From Synergistaceae bacterium (GTDB lineage: Bacteria; Synergistota; Synergistia; Synergistales; Synergistaceae), in assembly GCA_045601305.1 (NCBI GenBank), contig JAZRZG010000030.1, positions 1 through 51,803 on the forward strand: a DNA stretch of 51,803 nt, in the 5' to 3' direction. This document shows positions 26,423 to 34,741 of this stretch, piece by piece. Made by a program: the position numbers and the translations under genes. The notes below the pieces were generated by a model that saw only the letters and a list, made by a program, of their open reading frames with translations, was not told where the DNA came from and ran no database searches. How positions within the stretch are numbered: position 1 is the first letter of the stretch; every line of letters starts with the position of its first letter.

Positions 26423-29400
26423 ATGACAAATGATAGGTATGATGTTTTTATAAGCTGGGCACACCAGGATGGTCGAGACAATATTGGAAATGTAAAAAAA
26501 GCAATTATTGAGGAGCATCAAAATCAGTATCCAAAAGAAGAAGAATTGAAGATATTCATGGATACAGATATAGAAGATGCTCAGGATTGGAAGGCTCGTA
26601 TTTCAGATGAGCTTAGGAAATGTCAAGTATTTCTATCGATTCTCAGCCCAAACTATTTTGGCTCGAAATTTTGTACGCGCGAGATGTCCCTTTGGAAGAA
26701 TCATGAGATTCGGAACAGTTTATTAAACAAAGCTACTCTGCCTGTCTATTTTATCAAATTGGATGAAGATCCATATAAATCTGAAGATGTAAATGTAAAC
26801 AAAGCATTTATACAGCAGATTCATGGTGAACTTAAGCCCTGGTTTGGTAATCAGAGGACGTATTCTTATGAAGAAATCAAAAATTGTATCAAAGAATCTC
26901 ACATTATTGATACACTCAAAAAACGATTTGACGACATAAAAGAGATTAATAAGAGTAACAAACATAGTAACCTGCCTGACCCTGATCCAGATTTTGTCGG
27001 CAGAGTACAGGAGATAAGTGATATTAACGCTGAAATTAAGCATCACATTGTACTTTTGCGCGGTGAGGAAGGTATTGGAAAAACCTCGGTTGCCCTTGCG
27101 TATGCGTCAGCATATGCTGGTGAGTATCCCGGGGGTAGATATATGATTGACTGTCAAAACGCAAAGAATATTCCTGAGGCTTTTGCGCATCTTCTCATCA
27201 ATGGAAAACTTGTTGCAGATAACCTTGGCATTACAACTAATTATGTGGGAGCTGATGATAACGAATACATATTAAATAGCAAAATTGTTCCAGCCCTTAC
27301 TAAGGCTAATGGGAAAAAACTTATTATTCTTGATGATGTGACTGAGCTTAAAATGTTGCAAACTGAAGTTGTAAATAAGTATCTTAATTGGCGGAGAGAG
27401 GCTTGTGTTGATATTATCGCAACAACGAATGTTGATGGAGCAGAGAAAGTCCAATACAAAGATACAGACCCTGTTTATGGGTACAATATAGATCCGTTGT
27501 CCGAAGTTGATGCTTTGGAAATGCTGCGGAATGAACGTGATTTCTCCGAAAAAAGCAATGATGAAGACTATGCCAAAAAAATTATTGAGCGTCTTAACCG
27601 TCATGCGGGGGATCTTAATGAAGCGGCAAACAGACTTAAGCAAGAAGCAGAGTTAACATATGATAAATTGTGTGAATATATTCTTAATCACACAATAGAC
27701 GGATTGCGCAAACGTGTTGTAGAAAAAATGGAGGAGGATGAAAAAAACATAGCTGAATATGCGGCCTTGCTGCCTGCTGACTGTGTGCATATAGACTGGC
27801 TCAAAGAATTATTTGTTCTTCAAAAAATCAGCCGTGAAAGAGTAACTGAAAATATTGAAAATGCATGGGAAAATATCCAAAAAAATCCCAAAACGTTACA
27901 ACATACCGGTCGTGGTCATAGTCAAATGGAGAAAAATTACAGTGCGTATATTGAAGCGTCCATGGAAAATCGTAAGAAAAATAAAAAACTAAAAAAACTG
28001 GAAGAACTGATTATAAAGCGTATAAACAATAATAAACTTGGTGTGGAAGAAATTAATTCTATATACCAGACCATTAATAAGTGGTGGAATAAAAAATATT
28101 TTGTTTTTGCTGCCAGTCTAATAGCATCTGATAAATTGTATGAGGCTGTTAAAATCTCCGGTTCAATCGCAAGAAAATATTTTGAACTTGTTAATAAAAT
28201 TTACGATAGTCATGAAATTGAAAAAAATAAGTTGGATGAAAAAACTCCGGGCTTGATGGAATGTATTGCCAAATGCCTTTCGGAATTGGGTAAATATAAA
28301 AAAGCCAAGGAAATTACCGAGAAAATTTTCAAAAGGAAAGAAAAAATAGACGCAGATCTTGAAAGCACACTGCTGGCTGAAAGTGCCTATGCAGATTGTT
28401 TGTTTGATTGTGGTGAATATAAAGAAGCCAATAAACATTATGAAAAAATATTTAAAAGTCGGTCAAAACTTAATGCGAACAATCCTCATACAATAAACGC
28501 TGAAAGTGCTTTGGCTAGAAGTTATGCAAGTATTGGTCAGCTTGAAGAAGCTTTGAAACACTATAATAAGGTGGTACGGTTAAAAGAGAAACTGCATATG
28601 GATTCCCTTTGGGCAAAACTGGAACTTGCGATTGGTTATTCTGATGTCGGAGATTATAAAAATGCTTGTAAGATATGTGAAAGCAGTGTTAAAACTGAAA
28701 CCGATGAATTGAGACAAATAAGCGCAAAAAGTGTTTTGGCAGGTATTTATACTGTTAGCGGTAAATACACTGACGCGAGGAATCTTAGAGATGAAATATT
28801 TAAATTTAGAGAAGAAAACTTAGGTAAAAAACATCTTCTTACGCTTAGAACGCAGGGACGATTGGCTGCCAGTTATTCTATGCTTGGCGACTATAAACGA
28901 GCTCGTGACTTGCGTCAAAAAGTATTAGATGCAAGGAAAGATATTTTTAGTAAAGACCATCCGGAAATACTTAAAGCACAATTAGCCTTAGCCGCAAGTC
29001 ATTCTGAGTTGGGCGAATATAAAAAGGCTCATGATCTGCGGAAAGATGTGTTAACAGCGAGACAGAAGAAAAAGCTTCCTGACGACCATCCTGATATACT
29101 CAAGGCAAAATTAGCTTTAGCTGTCAGTCATACGGAGTGTGGGGACTACATTAAATCATTAAATTTGCGAGAAAAAATCTACGACACTGTGGCTGCAAAA
29201 GACTATAATCCACTCACTCCTGCTGTTGCTTTGGCACTTGCAGACAGTTATTATAATTTAGGTAAGTATAGTGCTGCGCGTAGAATATATGAAAATATAC
29301 GAAATTTTTATTGTAACGAAACCGAGGCTAAAAATAAACGTGGGGTCTTTAAAGGTTTGCGCGTAAAAAATATGGCGCCGTACATCATTGCGACAGATAA

Positions 29401-29944
29401 AAAACTTGCGGACTGTGATTTTGCCGAAAAATATTATCAGAAAGCTGAGGAAAAATATAAATTAATACTGAACGTGCTTGAAAAACAATTTGGCAAGGAT
29501 CATCCGGAAGCGCTTAGAATCAAAACATGTGTTGCAAACTGCTATTCCGCTCTTGGGCAGTATGATGAGGCTTTAAAGAGCTACGAGACAATAGAAGAGG
29601 AGTTAAAGGTCAAATTAAAAGATGAGAATCATCCCGATAGAATTTGTGTATTGAGCGGAAAGGCACACAATTATTTTATGAATGGAAAGTATGAAGATGC
29701 CTTGAAGCTTCGAAAGGATATTCTTGAAAAACGGAGAAGAATCTTGGGAGAAGATCATCCGGAAACACTTAAAACCAGAAGACGTGTGGCTGATTGTTAT
29801 TTAAAGCTTAAAAAATACAATGAGGCACTAAACATCTATAATGAAATTTTGGATAAAACAAAAGAGAAATTGGGTGAAGAACACCCGTGTACAAAAAAAG
29901 TGCAGCAAGGAATTGCTGAAGCGGCAAAAATGCTGAAAGGTTAA
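26423..29944 (+). CDS. TIR domain / NB-ARC (STAND P-loop NTPase) / TPR-repeat protein
   Basis: SD GGGAGGA. N-terminal YDVFISWAHQD...FLSILSPNYFGSKFCTREMSLW (TIR, with candidate catalytic Glu87 at 26681-26683). Walker A GEEGIGKTS (K220). Walker B KKLIILDDV, then IIATTN. The C-terminal roughly 570 aa are kinesin-light-chain-type TPRs (repeated LG.Y..A....(K/E)(V/I)...R...LG..HP(D/E)(I/T)L). Confidence 0.8.
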   Translation: MTNDRYDVFISWAHQDGRDNIGNVKKAIIEEHQNQYPKEEELKIFMDTDIEDAQDWKARISDELRKCQVFLSILSPNYFGSKFCTREMSLWKNHEIRNSLLNKATLPVYFIKLDEDPYKSEDVNVNKAFIQQIHGELKPWFGNQRTYSYEEIKNCIKESHIIDTLKKRFDDIKEINKSNKHSNLPDPDPDFVGRVQEISDINAEIKHHIVLLRGEEGIGKTSVALAYASAYAGEYPGGRYMIDCQNAKNIPEAFAHLLINGKLVADNLGITTNYVGADDNEYILNSKIVPALTKANGKKLIILDDVTELKMLQTEVVNKYLNWRREACVDIIATTNVDGAEKVQYKDTDPVYGYNIDPLSEVDALEMLRNERDFSEKSNDEDYAKKIIERLNRHAGDLNEAANRLKQEAELTYDKLCEYILNHTIDGLRKRVVEKMEEDEKNIAEYAALLPADCVHIDWLKELFVLQKISRERVTENIENAWENIQKNPKTLQHTGRGHSQMEKNYSAYIEASMENRKKNKKLKKLEELIIKRINNNKLGVEEINSIYQTINKWWNKKYFVFAASLIASDKLYEAVKISGSIARKYFELVNKIYDSHEIEKNKLDEKTPGLMECIAKCLSELGKYKKAKEITEKIFKRKEKIDADLESTLLAESAYADCLFDCGEYKEANKHYEKIFKSRSKLNANNPHTINAESALARSYASIGQLEEALKHYNKVVRLKEKLHMDSLWAKLELAIGYSDVGDYKNACKICESSVKTETDELRQISAKSVLAGIYTVSGKYTDARNLRDEIFKFREENLGKKHLLTLRTQGRLAASYSMLGDYKRARDLRQKVLDARKDIFSKDHPEILKAQLALAASHSELGEYKKAHDLRKDVLTARQKKKLPDDHPDILKAKLALAVSHTECGDYIKSLNLREKIYDTVAAKDYNPLTPAVALALADSYYNLGKYSAARRIYENIRNFYCNETEAKNKRGVFKGLRVKNMAPYIIATDKKLADCDFAEKYYQKAEEKYKLILNVLEKQFGKDHPEALRIKTCVANCYSALGQYDEALKSYETIEEELKVKLKDENHPDRICVLSGKAHNYFMNGKYEDALKLRKDILEKRRRILGEDHPETLKTRRRVADCYLKLKKYNEALNIYNEILDKTKEKLGEEHPCTKKVQQGIAEAAKMLKG

Positions 29945-30095
29945 GAAGCGCAGAGATTAAGAAGTATAAAATTTATATATGCGTTGAACATAGTGGAGGG
30001 GTACCATAAATGTACGGTGCTGTGAATGTACAATAGCAGTGTACTGCTAAAATTTGCACGGTGCAGAGAAAGAATAATGGAAAATCACAATAAAA

Positions 30096-30127
30096 ACGGC
30101 TTGGGAATGATCCCAAGCCGTGATTTT
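30096..30127 (+). terminator. Rho-independent terminator (likely end of the island operon; bidirectional)
   Basis: acggcttggga-atga-tcccaagccgt 11-bp stem followed by gatttt. There is an A-run upstream. Confidence 0.7.
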
Positions 30128-30826
30128 GACCTAAATTTCCATTTGGGTACAGAAAACAACAGGTATCAGTATCGTTTTCGCAGAAAAATATCAAAAATAG
30201 ATTTCTGACTTCGATATCCAATTCCTGAAGGAGAATTTTGAACCGGCAGTGTTTCATTGCTTTTTTGTGTTTCAGCCTTCGGCAATTTTGGCTAAAGCCT
30301 TGAAAAACCCTGATTCTGACTGCATTCCCGTACAGCCTGCCCGCTTTGCCGCCCTAAAACGAGTTAAGTGCGAAGTCCGCAACCCGCCGCTGCCACCGGC
30401 AGTCGTTTGAGCCCTAAGCTCTGCGAGAGGCGCGACCCGGAGGACCGTTAATCAAATCGTATCCACTCCGAAAATAATCCCGTCCGGCACTGACACGTAA
30501 GCGCAACCTACGATTTTTAATAAAACTGCAAATGTAAAGACCGATGTACAGTGTGGGTGAAACTTATGCGCGGTCACGCTCCCGCCGCTGTACCAAACAA
30601 TGCAGGCTGAGGGGTAAACCCGACAGCGAGAAAATATTTTACTCTTATTTTCTACAATGTCAATACCTTTTTTCAAAAAAAATGTAAAAAATCTGCAAGA
30701 AAATTGTATAGTCTGCACGGAGGCAGTAATAGCAAGGGTTTAGAAGAGCCAATGACTGATAAGAAGCAGTAAAGACCATTCCAAGAAAGATCGACATTTA
30801 GGATTCAAAATTCAATACCGGTACGC

Positions 30827-30836
30827 GGGGGGGGGG
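30827..30836. repeat. G10 homopolymer tract
   Basis: cgc-gggggggggg-caac in non-coding DNA about 200 nt upstream of feoAB. Confidence 0.95.
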
Positions 30837-30995
30837 CAACAGAGTTGTCTCGACAGGCAATTTACGGCTGTTGACAAAAATTGAAATGTAAAAATCGGGG
30901 TGTAATACGGCTGTATGTCTGCGCATTACAGGGTGGGCATATCAAAACTTACGGAACTGTCTGCGTAATTTTACGTTTTTCTGCGGCTTTGGCAG

Positions 30996-31004
30996 TGGTA
31001 TAAT
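30996..31004 (+). promoter_or_regulatory. extended -10 promoter element (TGgTATAAT) for feoAB
   Basis: tggtataat sits 32 nt upstream of the ATG. The -35 is weak. AAGGAG SD follows. Confidence 0.5.
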
Positions 31005-31035
31005 TTGACTGTAAAAAGGAGTTGGGGAACGGAGT

Positions 31036-33393
31036 ATGTATCTTTCTGATTTGCAGATTGGCGAAAGCGCGGTTATAAAGAGTGTCGGCGGAGAAAAAAC
31101 GCTTCGCAGGCATTTTCTTGATATGGGGTTAACTCCGGGCAGTGAATTGAAGCTTGTCAAAAAAGCTCCTATGGATGACCCGCTTGAATTTATGGTGCGC
31201 GGTTATGAACTGACGCTTCGGCTTGCTGACGCAAGGCAGATTGAGGCTGAAAAAATAAGCTCGGTTCAAAAGGCGCTGTCTGAGCAGTGTATGGAGGATA
31301 CAAGTCACCCGCAGCTCGGCGAATTTGGTGTTTATCATACAAGCAGCAGCGGCGAGGAAATTCCGGAGGGCGCGCGTGTCAGTTTTGCCCTTGCGGGAAA
31401 TCAGAATACGGGCAAATCAACGCTTTTTAATCAGCTGACAGGTTCAAATCAGCATGTAGGCAACTTTCCGGGGGTTACGGTTGACCGCAGGGAGGGAAAA
31501 ATGCGCGGCTGTGACAACGCTGTTATCATTGACCTTCCGGGCGTTTATTCTCTTTCTCCATATACGAACGAAGAACTTGTCACGAGAGATTTTCTGCTTA
31601 AGGAAAAGCCTGACTGTATCATAAACATTGTTGACGCGACAAATATTGAGCGCAATTTGTATCTGACGATGCAGCTTATTGAGCTGAATATTCCGACGGT
31701 GCTTGCGCTTAACATGATGGACGAGGTGCGCGACAGCGGCGGCACTATTCTTGTCAATAAACTGGAAAACGCGCTGGGTATTCCTGTTGTGCCTATTTCT
31801 GCGGCAAACAACGAGGGTACGAATGAAACGATACGTCACGCAATGCATGTCGCGCGTTTCCGCGAACGTCCTGGGAGGCTTGATTTCTGCGACGCGGACG
31901 GAGAATACGGGGGCGCGGTGCACCGCTGTATTCACAGCGTAAGTCACTTGATTGAGGATCATGCAAAGAGGTGCGGCATACCGGTACGTTTTGCCGCGAC
32001 GAAGCTTGTTGAGGGCGACGCTCCGATTATGGTGCAGCTTGGGCTGAATGACAATGAAAAGGATATGCTTGAGCATATTATTGTCGAAATGGAGCGTGAA
32101 ACGGGCATGGACAGGGAAGCGGCAATGGCTGACATGCGCTTTGATTTTATAGAAAAAATCTGTGCCGCGACTGTTGTAAAGCCTGTGCAGAATCTTGCCC
32201 GCGCAAGAAGTCTGCGTTTCGATAAAATCCTTACGGGAAAGTACACGGCGCTTCCTGCGTTTTTCGTGATTATGGGGCTTGTTTTCTGGCTTACGTTCGG
32301 GGTTTTCGGCGCTGTGCTGTCTGAGAGTTTTGAACGGCTGATTGCTCGCGTTGCGGCTGTATGCGACGCCGCGCTGAGCGCCTACGGGCTTAACAGTGTT
32401 GCTCATTCGCTGATTATTGACGGGGTTTTTGCGGGGGTCGGCTCGGTTCTCAGTTTTCTGCCTGTTATAGTAATACTTTTCTTCTTTCTTTCGATTATTG
32501 AGGACACCGGATATATGGCGCGTGTCGCTTTTGTCATGGACAGACCGCTTCGCAAAATAGGACTTTCGGGGCGCAGTTTTGTGCCGCTGCTTATTGGTTT
32601 CGGCTGTTCTGTTCCAGCAATTATGGCTGCGCGTACTCTGCCTTCCGAACGCGACAGAAAAATGACGATATTTCTTACGCCGTTTATGAGCTGTTCGGCG
32701 AAGCTGCCGATTTACGCGCTGTTCACGGCTGCGTTTTTCCCGCGTACGCAGGGCACGCTTGTTATGACGGGGCTGTACCTGTTTGGGATTTTAAGCGGCG
32801 CTGTTTTTGCAATGGTTATGAAAAACAGTGTGTTTACGGGCTATCCTGTGCCTTTTGTAATGGAGCTTCCCAACTATCGTTTCCCGAACGCGAAAACGGT
32901 TGCTCTGCTTATCTGGGACAAGGCAAAGGATTTTCTTACGCGCGCGTTCACTGTGATTTTTGCCGCTGCTATCGTAATTTGGTTTTTGCAGACCTTTGAC
33001 ACGCGGCTGAATGTTGTTACAGACTCCTCGCGGAGTCTGCTTGCGCTGCTCGGCGGAATTTCCGCGCCGTTGTTCAAGCCGCTTGTCGGTGTCAGCGACT
33101 GGAAAATTTCAACGGCGCTTATTACGGGGCTTATGGCAAAGGAAAGTGTTGTCAGCACTTTGACTGTTCTGCTCGGCGGTTCGGCGGCCGCGATAAAAGA
33201 TATGTTCACGACAAAAACCGCGCTTGTGTTTCTCACGTTTACGCTGCTTTACACCCCCTGTGTCGCGGCGATAGCTGCGGTCAGGCGGGAACTCGGCGGA
33301 AGGTTTGCCTGGATTTTTGCGGTGGGACAGTGCGTTATCGCCTGGGCAGCGGCGTTTATGGTTAAAATTCTGCTGACGCTGGCGGGAATTTAA
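31036..33393 (+). CDS. feoB: ferrous iron transporter FeoB with N-terminal fused FeoA domain
   Basis: aa 1-70 are FeoA-like (LSDLQIGESAVIKSVGG...GLTPGSELKLVKKAPMDDPLEFMVRGYELTLR). Then the G-domain GNQNTGKSTLFNQLTG, DLPG, NMMD, followed by a polytopic C-terminal permease. Confidence 0.9.
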   Translation: MYLSDLQIGESAVIKSVGGEKTLRRHFLDMGLTPGSELKLVKKAPMDDPLEFMVRGYELTLRLADARQIEAEKISSVQKALSEQCMEDTSHPQLGEFGVYHTSSSGEEIPEGARVSFALAGNQNTGKSTLFNQLTGSNQHVGNFPGVTVDRREGKMRGCDNAVIIDLPGVYSLSPYTNEELVTRDFLLKEKPDCIINIVDATNIERNLYLTMQLIELNIPTVLALNMMDEVRDSGGTILVNKLENALGIPVVPISAANNEGTNETIRHAMHVARFRERPGRLDFCDADGEYGGAVHRCIHSVSHLIEDHAKRCGIPVRFAATKLVEGDAPIMVQLGLNDNEKDMLEHIIVEMERETGMDREAAMADMRFDFIEKICAATVVKPVQNLARARSLRFDKILTGKYTALPAFFVIMGLVFWLTFGVFGAVLSESFERLIARVAAVCDAALSAYGLNSVAHSLIIDGVFAGVGSVLSFLPVIVILFFFLSIIEDTGYMARVAFVMDRPLRKIGLSGRSFVPLLIGFGCSVPAIMAARTLPSERDRKMTIFLTPFMSCSAKLPIYALFTAAFFPRTQGTLVMTGLYLFGILSGAVFAMVMKNSVFTGYPVPFVMELPNYRFPNAKTVALLIWDKAKDFLTRAFTVIFAAAIVIWFLQTFDTRLNVVTDSSRSLLALLGGISAPLFKPLVGVSDWKISTALITGLMAKESVVSTLTVLLGGSAAAIKDMFTTKTALVFLTFTLLYTPCVAAIAAVRRELGGRFAWIFAVGQCVIAWAAAFMVKILLTLAGI

Positions 33394-33475
33394 TTCAGCG
33401 CGCAGCTGAGTTAATGAGATACATTGTGTGCAATCGTTTGCGGTTTAATATACTTAAGGGCGGTGAAAAACTGAA

Positions 33476-33697
33476 ATGTTTTTAACGGATTTGAGCGACG
33501 GAGATATTGCTGTTATAGAAAAACTGCCGGACGGAGCAGGAGGCGAAAAACTGCTTGCGCTTGGAATTTCCTCAGGCGCGGAGATTGAAAAAATATCAGG
33601 CTCTCCGCTTGGAAACATTGTTTCAATCGCCGTCGGCGAAAAATTTTACGCAATAACAAACGATATAGCCGAAAAACTTGAAGTGCGCGCAAAATAG
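33476..33697 (+). CDS. feoA: FeoA-family protein
   Basis: 73-aa SH3-like FeoA pattern (LTDLSDGDIAVIEKL...LGISSGAEIEKI), immediately downstream of feoB. Confidence 0.7.
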   Translation: MFLTDLSDGDIAVIEKLPDGAGGEKLLALGISSGAEIEKISGSPLGNIVSIAVGEKFYAITNDIAEKLEVRAK

Positions 33698-33736
33698 CTG
33701 TTATAATACAAACGAGCTGATTGTGAGGTGTTTTGT

Positions 33737-34741
33737 GTGAGGAAATTTGCAGCTGCTTTTCTGATAATACTGTGTCTTGCAGTGCCTTCCTTTGCGGCAC
33801 GTACCAACGTTGCGCTTGTGGTTGCCGGCAGCGCGGGCAACGCGACTGCTCCTGAATTTGTCAACGAGTGCAATGAGGGGCTGAAAATGGCGAAGCACAA
33901 CTATATGCGTTCGCTTTCAACAAAACTGATTGATTCAAAGGACTGCGCGTCAAAGACCGACGCGCTTGAAAAGGCATCTGTATGGGCAAATCTTGTGATA
34001 ATTCCTGTCGAAGATTTTTCCGTCGAGCTGCCTGCGGTTATGAGAAATCATCCGAACGTTACCTACGTTGTTTTTGAGGCTGTGCCTAACGCGAGGGTTG
34101 CTCATTTCAGAGACGAGGAAGCAGGCTTTCTTGCCGGTGTTACCGCGGCTCTTTATCTGAAAAACGAAAAGGATGCACGTATAAACAAAAAATCAAGAAT
34201 CGGCGCAATTTTCGGTCCTGAAAATGCCGCGATAAAGCGAATGAAGCACGGTTTCAGGACAGGCGTGTGGTATATTGACAAAAAACTTGAGCCTGTCATG
34301 GTGCACACGGAAGATTTCTTTAACAAAGACGCCGCTGCCGATTATGCGCGCAGAATGCACGCAAAAAACATAGACATAATTTTCACCGCTGCCGGAAATG
34401 CCGGACTTGGCGCTGCCGAAATTGCTGAAAAAGAGGGCTTTTGGACGATAGGCGTTGACAACGAGGTTGAAAAAACATATCCGAAGGCTGTTCTTGCAAG
34501 CGCTGTCAAATGCGTGGATTACGTCATCTTTGCCGCAATAGACAGATACATGCAGAAAAAACTCGACGCGAACTATGTTTCGCTCGGTGTCAAGGAAGGG
34601 GCAATAGGAATTTCAACATGGACGCGCGAGGCAAAGTCAAATATACCGCTCAGTATCAGACAACGGATTGAAGAGATAGAAAACAAGGTAAAAACCGGTC
34701 TGATAGTGCTCCCTGACATGGACGGCAAAAATAAAGAATAA
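33737..34741 (+). CDS. BMP-family (Med/PnrA-like) substrate-binding protein
   Basis: Signal peptide, EAGFLAGVTAAL and FTAAGNAGLGA motifs. Start is uncertain (GTG 33728 or 33737). There are no adjacent ABC permease or ATPase genes. Confidence 0.65.
   Translation: MRKFAAAFLIILCLAVPSFAARTNVALVVAGSAGNATAPEFVNECNEGLKMAKHNYMRSLSTKLIDSKDCASKTDALEKASVWANLVIIPVEDFSVELPAVMRNHPNVTYVVFEAVPNARVAHFRDEEAGFLAGVTAALYLKNEKDARINKKSRIGAIFGPENAAIKRMKHGFRTGVWYIDKKLEPVMVHTEDFFNKDAAADYARRMHAKNIDIIFTAAGNAGLGAAEIAEKEGFWTIGVDNEVEKTYPKAVLASAVKCVDYVIFAAIDRYMQKKLDANYVSLGVKEGAIGISTWTREAKSNIPLSIRQRIEEIENKVKTGLIVLPDMDGKNKE

Noticed and set aside
29973-30257. ORFs 29973-30257 (-) and 30026-30208 (+) downstream of the TIR-STAND gene, and 30452-30718 (-), 30942-31160 (-)
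   Set aside because: They have no SD and no recognisable motifs. They overlap a strong bidirectional terminator hairpin (30096-30127) or the feoAB promoter and start. They are most likely non-coding.
30260-30520. The GC-rich block as tmRNA, RNase P RNA, SRP RNA, 6S RNA, a cobalamin riboswitch or a group II intron fragment
   Set aside because: I could not find the diagnostic cores on either strand:
- no tRNA-like GGTTCGA T-arm or CCA end;
- no GAGGAAAGTCCGGGC;
- no GGAA/AGCA SRP motif;
- no B12 box;
- no domain V-like hairpin.
The identity is left open.
31444-32406. Long antisense ORFs: 31444-32406 (-) in feoB, 35159-36031 (-) in ychF, 43811-44452 (+) in dedA, 5647-6201 (-) across skp, 7311-7937 (-) in clpC, 10563-11264 (-) in rnj, 8509-9147 (-) in clpC
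   Set aside because: Each lies opposite a gene with unmistakable family motifs. The translations are low-complexity or R/K/F-rich, with no motifs and no SD. They are typical shadow frames.
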